DNA of 64,000 bases from positions 1-64,000 of IMG/VR virus record IMGVR_UViG_3300030101_002520; one strand, given 5' to 3'. Under the pieces are notes generated by a model. It had not been told where the DNA came from and did no database searches. It saw nothing but the letters and a program-made list of their open reading frames with translations. The position numbers and the translations under genes were made by a program. This document shows positions 60,001 to 64,000 of the stretch, piece after piece. This stretch comes from a virus. The first letter of the stretch is position 1. Each line of letters starts with the position of its first letter.

Positions 60001-62898
60001 GCCACATCAAGTGATACTATTCTAGCTTTAATGGATAAAATATTTAAAAGAAAAAGACAAGAAATATTAGATAGAGTAGAAGAAAGAAATTCAGAAGTAA
60101 GAAAGCTAGCTTCTAAAATAGAAAAACTATCTCCGGGTAGAAAAGCTAATTTTGATTTTATGATTGTGCTTGGTGATGATGGTCAACCAACTGGAACTTA
60201 TGTTAGAAAAATAGGTGACCAGTATTATAAAATGAAAAGACAAAGAACTGACAAACTTAAAAATGCTGATGGTGATCCTTTAGAATATGTAATTAAAGAT
60301 AAACTTACACCTGAAGAAATTGCTTATAATAAAAAGTTATATAAAGATAGACAGGAGTATAGAGATTTTATGAAAGCAGAAAGAGTTATAGATAATAAAT
60401 TAGAGGAAGGGAAGTATCATAAGTATAGTGATGTGTTTAAAAAAGAAAGATTGAAGTTTATGTTTTTTGATGGTCAACAATGGCAAAAAAGAGACAGAGT
60501 ACCATTAAATGAATATCTAGAGTTTAGAACTAAGTATTATAATCCATCTAGTTTTTTTAGACCAGAGTTTGATAAAGATGGATTTTCAGGTTATTTAAAA
60601 GAAAAGAAACAGGGATGGTTTGTTAAGTCTGAATATGTTGAAATTAAAGATGAGAGTTCAGAAGATTCAGGATCAGTAAATCTTTTAGACTCAAAGTATC
60701 AAAAGATTATGAATCCTACAGATGCATTGGGTAGAGCACAAAAAGAGTTCTATGAAATGTATGTTAAGTATTTTGAAGAAGATCTTCTTACAAAACTTCC
60801 TATGCGTGTTGTGCAACAAATGCACGGTAGATTACCATTAATTAAAGATACACAATATCAACAACTTAAAAATGCTCCTAATATGATGTCTGAGTTATGG
60901 GCTAAAGTTAAAGGTGTTCCGCGTGGTATATATGATTTCTTTGCAACTAAAACTCAAAAGTCAAGAGTAGTTTTAACTGATGAGTATGGTAATTTTACAA
61001 GCACACTTCCAATATTCTATACAGGTAGTATTCAAACTCAGCAAGATCTTCAAGAAATATCTGATAAGATAAGAGCTAAAGAGGATGAAATAATTAGAGC
61101 TAATGGTGATACAAGAACAACACAAACTAAAATTGATAAATTAAAACAGCAGCTTGAAGACCTAAAGGGTAAAAAAAGAAGAATGCAAAATAGACCTGAA
61201 GCAAGAGAATTAAGTAGAGATCTTGCTGATAGTTTGATAAGATTTAGTGCAATGGCTGAAAACTATGAGATTATGTCAGGTGTAGAAGATACTCTTAGTT
61301 CATTAATAAAAGTATTGGAAAGAAGAACCTATGATCCAGCAACTGGTGATGATCTTAAAACTTTTAAAGATGGTGTAATGCAAAAGGCTGGTTTGAAAGG
61401 AAACTCAGGTTTAGAAACACCGTTAATTGTTAGGAGAGCAAAGAAGTGGATGAAGATGGTTTTTTATGATGATGATCAGAAAACAGAGAATGTATTTGAA
61501 AAAATATCTAGAGGTTTAATTAGTTATACATCCTTAACATATGTTGGTCTTAACCCTTGGGGTAATTTGAATAACTATGCTATAGGTAGATTAAATAATT
61601 TAGTAGAGACAGCTGGTGGTAGATGGTTTGATAGAAAAGCTGCTGTAAGAGCAACAAAAGAATTTAATCAAAGAATGATACCAGACTTTATGAAAAGAAT
61701 GGGTGGTAGAACTTTTCTTAATGATGCTATAGGTGTAAGTCCAAGTCAATATGAAAAGTATAAACCAGGTAGTAAGTATGAGGCTCTTGTAGAATTATTT
61801 AGAATGATGGATGATAAAGCAGATATACGAGAGCAAAATAAAACTGCTGGTAAAGAAAGTCCATTAAGAAAAGCTATGAGTTGGGGTTATATGTTGCAAG
61901 ATGCTGCTGAGTATAATGTACAAACCAAGCTAGGTATGGCAATACTAATGTCTACTAAAATATTTAAGAGTGCTGACCCAGATGGAAGTAAAAGTGCTAT
62001 ATCTTTATTTGATGCTTATGAGTACAACCAAGAAACAGGCAAACTATCTCTACAAGAAGGGTATGATACAGTTATAGATTTTCAAACAGGCAAGCAACAA
62101 AAGATGTCTGATAAAGCAAGATATGATATTAGACAATACATACGTGAGGTTAACATACATGTACATGGTAACTATGCCTATGAGGATAGAATGGTATTAC
62201 AGTCTAGCGCATTAGGACAACTAGCTGCACAGTTTCATAAATGGATTGCGCCAGCTGTTAAGGCAAGATATAGATCAGAATATTTTGATGAAAATCTAGG
62301 TTGGATAGAAGGTAGGTATAGAACCTTTTGGAATTTTATGTCTTATACGGCTAAGAATATGACAGATATTAGAACAGCAGCTAAAGACTGGAAAGAGTTG
62401 CAGGGAGAGAAAGCAGAAATGAAAGTTAAAAATCTTCATAGAGTTGCAGGTGAGTTAATGTTATTTATGATGACAGTAATGTTAAGACAGATGTTTGCTG
62501 CAATGTGGGATGATACAGATGAAGATAAAAAAGGAACAATGAAAAGATTTCAAAATGCTTTTATGTATCAAATGGATAGACAAAGAAGAGAACTTATTCA
62601 GTTTGTAAATCCTGTAGATGCATTTATGTTAATGAAGTCTCCAATTAGTTCTGTAAGAATGATGAAAGAGATGTCTGAAGCATTAATGACTGGTGTACAA
62701 ACACCTTTTGTTATTGGATCATATAAACTACGTGGTGAAGGAGATGTAGAATTAGATAAAAGAATATATTATCAAAGAGGTGCTAAGAAAGGAGATCTTA
62801 AACTTTACAAAGAATTTTATGACGCATTCCCAGGTCTCTACGCATTAAACAGATGGATGTCATATGACAATGTAAAAAACTTCTGGGTAGGAGAATAA
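57082..62898 (+). CDS. Large virion cargo protein with degenerate zincin, LysM and PD-(D/E)XK nuclease-like domains
   Basis: EEVLH (57772-57786); YSIKKGDTIASIAK...IKELN LysM (58471-58623); IAGTIDLL...IIDIKTSK...QVNSY nuclease motifs; TAATG coupling to the vRNAP. Confidence 0.72.
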   Translation: MATCFNRNLPAYQTLLEKYDSPMFVDGVINGWQKVNRSELMPTVLEAEDFLKDQKEVGVLDKQNLKQSILTNLGVKGKGLISRFGESYYINNTNKEVRAIKGDVQTLERNKNSVERLLDWWQVTPEAVTITKTDNSYRLDINANLLNMQDVITETSDVTHLQDILQHLTRLFPDVQIQVMSETDAKRMYNSLPQFTSEFQKPIDFKDIKSFYVDGQAILVEGRVTSETAIEEVLHPFVNALYADKSELFRRLKTESERSFPKLAQEIAGAYTKTKGFDNIDRDKELVTQAMARHFKREYEQNPTESFRSKIREFMRWLMDVFRDLSKWVVGKDLVLAPGMIDNANNLTSLSKILNTGDLKFGLDRAIRQDRKVRFSLTPKFQKIYNKVKGKATSQKQITRLDDLYNVSINSQKPIDDFTVSMSKKKNHPLVILNKKTHKYISVENINDPFTSVTTKIGGFSSKSYSIKKGDTIASIAKSLGTTIKKIKELNPIGDNLNTLTKANGQPIKQLYVPQEDFQINMDIGNDFDSIVSAIVLDEGIDSVDLKVVSKEVAEDFYKKMKKDLAVLTRNGGILIPQVVVSDKLNQIAGTIDLLFMDENGALEIIDIKTSKDSLNALVNGKLKYEETYFPVTYGSIFYDPAKSHADQQKFTKEQMQALQVNSYAQILRNQDYDIDSTFTYHVHTPTTGKGINQKYTQKFVIEGIRTQSETADVLIGDPGNNNFASEMMVKDFSDPTANDKLFTLDKKTGENEIEVDESEIDAIAENVTSKMMSTESVLEQITDFRVAMSTRKENYQRVKNQIAFFKDGKDVVQEIDRTLAIIDAGVEDGNVIPLFEEIVKQSIKELDDFIEYVNNPDSYLLDDKYISKVLNYSKMVSTYESLSEVEKAKGLTKAQLQLLEELRGKIYTINGKRDGLGNIIEGKEGLINTAIDNFAKQFIKDNSKRDFTQEDLEDILRWGSDMGMIEYQTGTLATSSDTILALMDKIFKRKRQEILDRVEERNSEVRKLASKIEKLSPGRKANFDFMIVLGDDGQPTGTYVRKIGDQYYKMKRQRTDKLKNADGDPLEYVIKDKLTPEEIAYNKKLYKDRQEYRDFMKAERVIDNKLEEGKYHKYSDVFKKERLKFMFFDGQQWQKRDRVPLNEYLEFRTKYYNPSSFFRPEFDKDGFSGYLKEKKQGWFVKSEYVEIKDESSEDSGSVNLLDSKYQKIMNPTDALGRAQKEFYEMYVKYFEEDLLTKLPMRVVQQMHGRLPLIKDTQYQQLKNAPNMMSELWAKVKGVPRGIYDFFATKTQKSRVVLTDEYGNFTSTLPIFYTGSIQTQQDLQEISDKIRAKEDEIIRANGDTRTTQTKIDKLKQQLEDLKGKKRRMQNRPEARELSRDLADSLIRFSAMAENYEIMSGVEDTLSSLIKVLERRTYDPATGDDLKTFKDGVMQKAGLKGNSGLETPLIVRRAKKWMKMVFYDDDQKTENVFEKISRGLISYTSLTYVGLNPWGNLNNYAIGRLNNLVETAGGRWFDRKAAVRATKEFNQRMIPDFMKRMGGRTFLNDAIGVSPSQYEKYKPGSKYEALVELFRMMDDKADIREQNKTAGKESPLRKAMSWGYMLQDAAEYNVQTKLGMAILMSTKIFKSADPDGSKSAISLFDAYEYNQETGKLSLQEGYDTVIDFQTGKQQKMSDKARYDIRQYIREVNIHVHGNYAYEDRMVLQSSALGQLAAQFHKWIAPAVKARYRSEYFDENLGWIEGRYRTFWNFMSYTAKNMTDIRTAAKDWKELQGEKAEMKVKNLHRVAGELMLFMMTVMLRQMFAAMWDDTDEDKKGTMKRFQNAFMYQMDRQRRELIQFVNPVDAFMLMKSPISSVRMMKEMSEALMTGVQTPFVIGSYKLRGEGDVELDKRIYYQRGAKKGDLKLYKEFYDAFPGLYALNRWMSYDNVKNFWVGE

Positions 62899-62954
62899 TT
62901 AATATTTCCTTAACAGTTACTTAATATTTACTTAATATTAGAGTTGTATATTAT
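62899..62954 (+). promoter_or_regulatory. Four 11-bp-phased direct repeats (TTAAtatttcc/TTAAcagttac/TTAAtatttac/TTAAtattaga) abutting a TTG-TATATTAT promoter box
   Basis: TTAA at 62899, 62910, 62921 and 62932; TATATTAT at 62947-62954. Confidence 0.6.
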
Positions 62955-62958
62955 TAGT

Positions 62959-63033
62959 ATGAGAATAAACGTTACTAATTATATATATATAGCAATAATG
63001 ATCACTGCTTTTGCTTTTGGTCTTTTGTTTTAA
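62959..63033 (+). CDS. Unannotated 24-aa single-pass membrane peptide MRINVTNYIYIAIMITAFAFGLLF
   Basis: ATG 4 nt after the recurrent promoter box; 17-residue uninterrupted hydrophobic stretch. Confidence 0.5.
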   Translation: MRINVTNYIYIAIMITAFAFGLLF

Positions 63034-63154
63034 AAGGACAATGCTTACAACCACTGTTACAACAGTATCCTCTTTCTAAATGGTATGCTGCAGTCATGAC
63101 TGTATTACCATCTTTATCTTTGTAAAAGTATGGACTAAACTCAGTTGACTTCAC
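63002..63154 (-). CDS. Unannotated 50-aa Cys-rich protein (DUF5522-like): MKSTEFSPYFYKDKDGNTVMTAAYHLERGYCCNSGCKHCPFKTKDQKQKQ
   Basis: The GTG start overlaps the end of nrdJ; the Y..DG..VMT..YHL.RGYCC.SGC.HCP signature is recognisable as DUF5522-like. Confidence 0.75.
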   Translation of the reverse strand: MKSTEFSPYFYKDKDGNTVMTAAYHLERGYCCNSGCKHCPFKTKDQKQKQ

Positions 63155-63998
63155 AAGCACCACCAGCACACGCCAGCTCTCCCATTAAATTAGTTTCATC
63201 ATCATCTTCTATAACCTTAGAAAGATCTATATCCATTATTGATGTAACCATTGTATTAAACTTATGCTCATCTATATCTTCAAATGGAGCTTGAGTATAA
63301 GTACCACCATCATAAGGTAGTACAGCTAGTCCATTGTAGTGATCTCTATTATTCCACATCCATTCACCTGCATCATTCCAGTCTTCATCCTTTAAACTAA
63401 TAGTAGCAGAAACATTATGACTGTTAGATCCTGTTCTATGTCCAGGTTTTACCCATTCAGTTGCAACTTTTTTTACTCTTTCTAATAATTGAAAAGCAGA
63501 TTCAGTTCTTAATATAGATCCTCCTGGTGCTTTTTGTGGTATACTTATTACAGCAGTATCATGACCACGGAACACACAGTCTTCTACAAGATCAGGGTGG
63601 TTCTTAGCAAGATATCCATATATAGATTCATTTTTACCAACACGTATTCTTCTTACATAATAATCATTATGCCATGCATGAATCCCGGAACTAGTTCCTA
63701 ATGTTAATGATGTTGTACCAGCAGGTTTTACTGTTGTTGTTCTAGCAGCCTTTCTGATACCAATTAAGTTAGCAACACGTGCATTTTCTTTATTTACAAT
63801 TTTTGCTGCAGCTGTCATGTCTATATAGTCAGCAAGAACTTTTTTAGATCCTATACCTGTCATAGATACACCAATTAGTGCATCTTTTTCTGTAGTCTCT
63901 TGCCATACTGGTCTGAGATAGTGGAAGTTAGTATATCCTGCTTGAAGTGTTCCTATAAATGCAGCAGCTTTAACTCTTGCTTCTAAATCTTCTTGAGC
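63141..63998 (-). CDS. nrdJ: Class II (adenosylcobalamin-dependent) ribonucleotide reductase, C-terminal part (5' end outside window)
   Basis: The frame is open to the window end (AAAFIGTLQAGYTNFHYLR...LIGVSMTGI). TTVKPAGTTSL, HNVSATIS, YTQAPFE and C-terminal CAGGAC redox pair of monomeric RTPR-type NrdJ. Confidence 0.9.
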   Translation of the reverse strand, partial: AQEDLEARVKAAAFIGTLQAGYTNFHYLRPVWQETTEKDALIGVSMTGIGSKKVLADYIDMTAAAKIVNKENARVANLIGIRKAARTTTVKPAGTTSLTLGTSSGIHAWHNDYYVRRIRVGKNESIYGYLAKNHPDLVEDCVFRGHDTAVISIPQKAPGGSILRTESAFQLLERVKKVATEWVKPGHRTGSNSHNVSATISLKDEDWNDAGEWMWNNRDHYNGLAVLPYDGGTYTQAPFEDIDEHKFNTMVTSIMDIDLSKVIEDDDETNLMGELACAGGACEVN

Positions 63999-64000
63999 TT

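Larger units (their letters stand above)
1..64000. mobile_element. crAss-like (Crassvirales-type) bacteriophage genome segment: virion/structural module plus the start of the oppositely oriented nucleotide-metabolism module
   Basis: Gene order TerL-portal-scaffold-MCP-neck-fibres-IHF-ring/tube-muzzle-giant cargo with a virion RNAP (DFDID) matches crAss-like phages. Dense co-oriented ORFs, low GC, no host housekeeping genes. Confidence 0.93.

Noticed and set aside
1-64000. Stop-codon reassignment (TAG=Gln or TGA=Trp) as in some crassviruses
   Set aside because: ORFs up to 4979 aa are uninterrupted under the standard code, and TAG/TGA serve as genuine stops.
1-64000. tRNA, rRNA, integrase, endolysin or holin genes
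   Set aside because: Intergenic gaps are short and AT-rich with no cloverleaf, and no recognisable lysis or integration motifs were found. The 24-aa peptide is too short to call a holin.

Overview
This is a 64 kb segment of an AT-rich crAss-like (Crassvirales-type) podophage genome, most likely infecting an aquatic Bacteroidota/Flavobacteriia host. Host evidence: no Shine-Dalgarno motifs, A/T-rich start contexts, TAnnTTTG-like promoter boxes, and captured Flavobacteria-type GCTD repeats and a reprolysin domain. The + strand holds almost the whole virion module: terminase C-terminus, portal, scaffold-like protein, major capsid protein, conserved head/neck genes, Cys-rich fibre proteins, a metallophosphoesterase, an IHF-like protein, two ring/tail-tube proteins, a 2979-aa muzzle/tail-stabilisation protein, several ejected cargo proteins, a 4979-aa virion RNA polymerase (DFDID) and a 1938-aa partner. 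The strand then switches to a class II ribonucleotide reductase. The standard genetic code is used. Most notable observations: (1) three consecutive cargo genes look like polyproteins of variable cassettes separated by a recurrent [YFA]-[QAE]-x-G-G / P-K-[YF]-Q-x-A-G motif, including an ADP-ribosyltransferase-like domain and a second toxin-like domain that share a leader with 21/22-nt DNA identity; (2) conserved virion proteins carry large passenger domains inserted between paired Thr-rich or Cys-rich arms ('stalk-and-knob' display), including an intact zinc metalloprotease in the muzzle; (3) a recurring late-promoter motif; (4) an unannotated 24-aa membrane peptide behind four 11-bp-phased TTAA repeats. 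All family assignments come from motif recognition and gene order; no searches were run.
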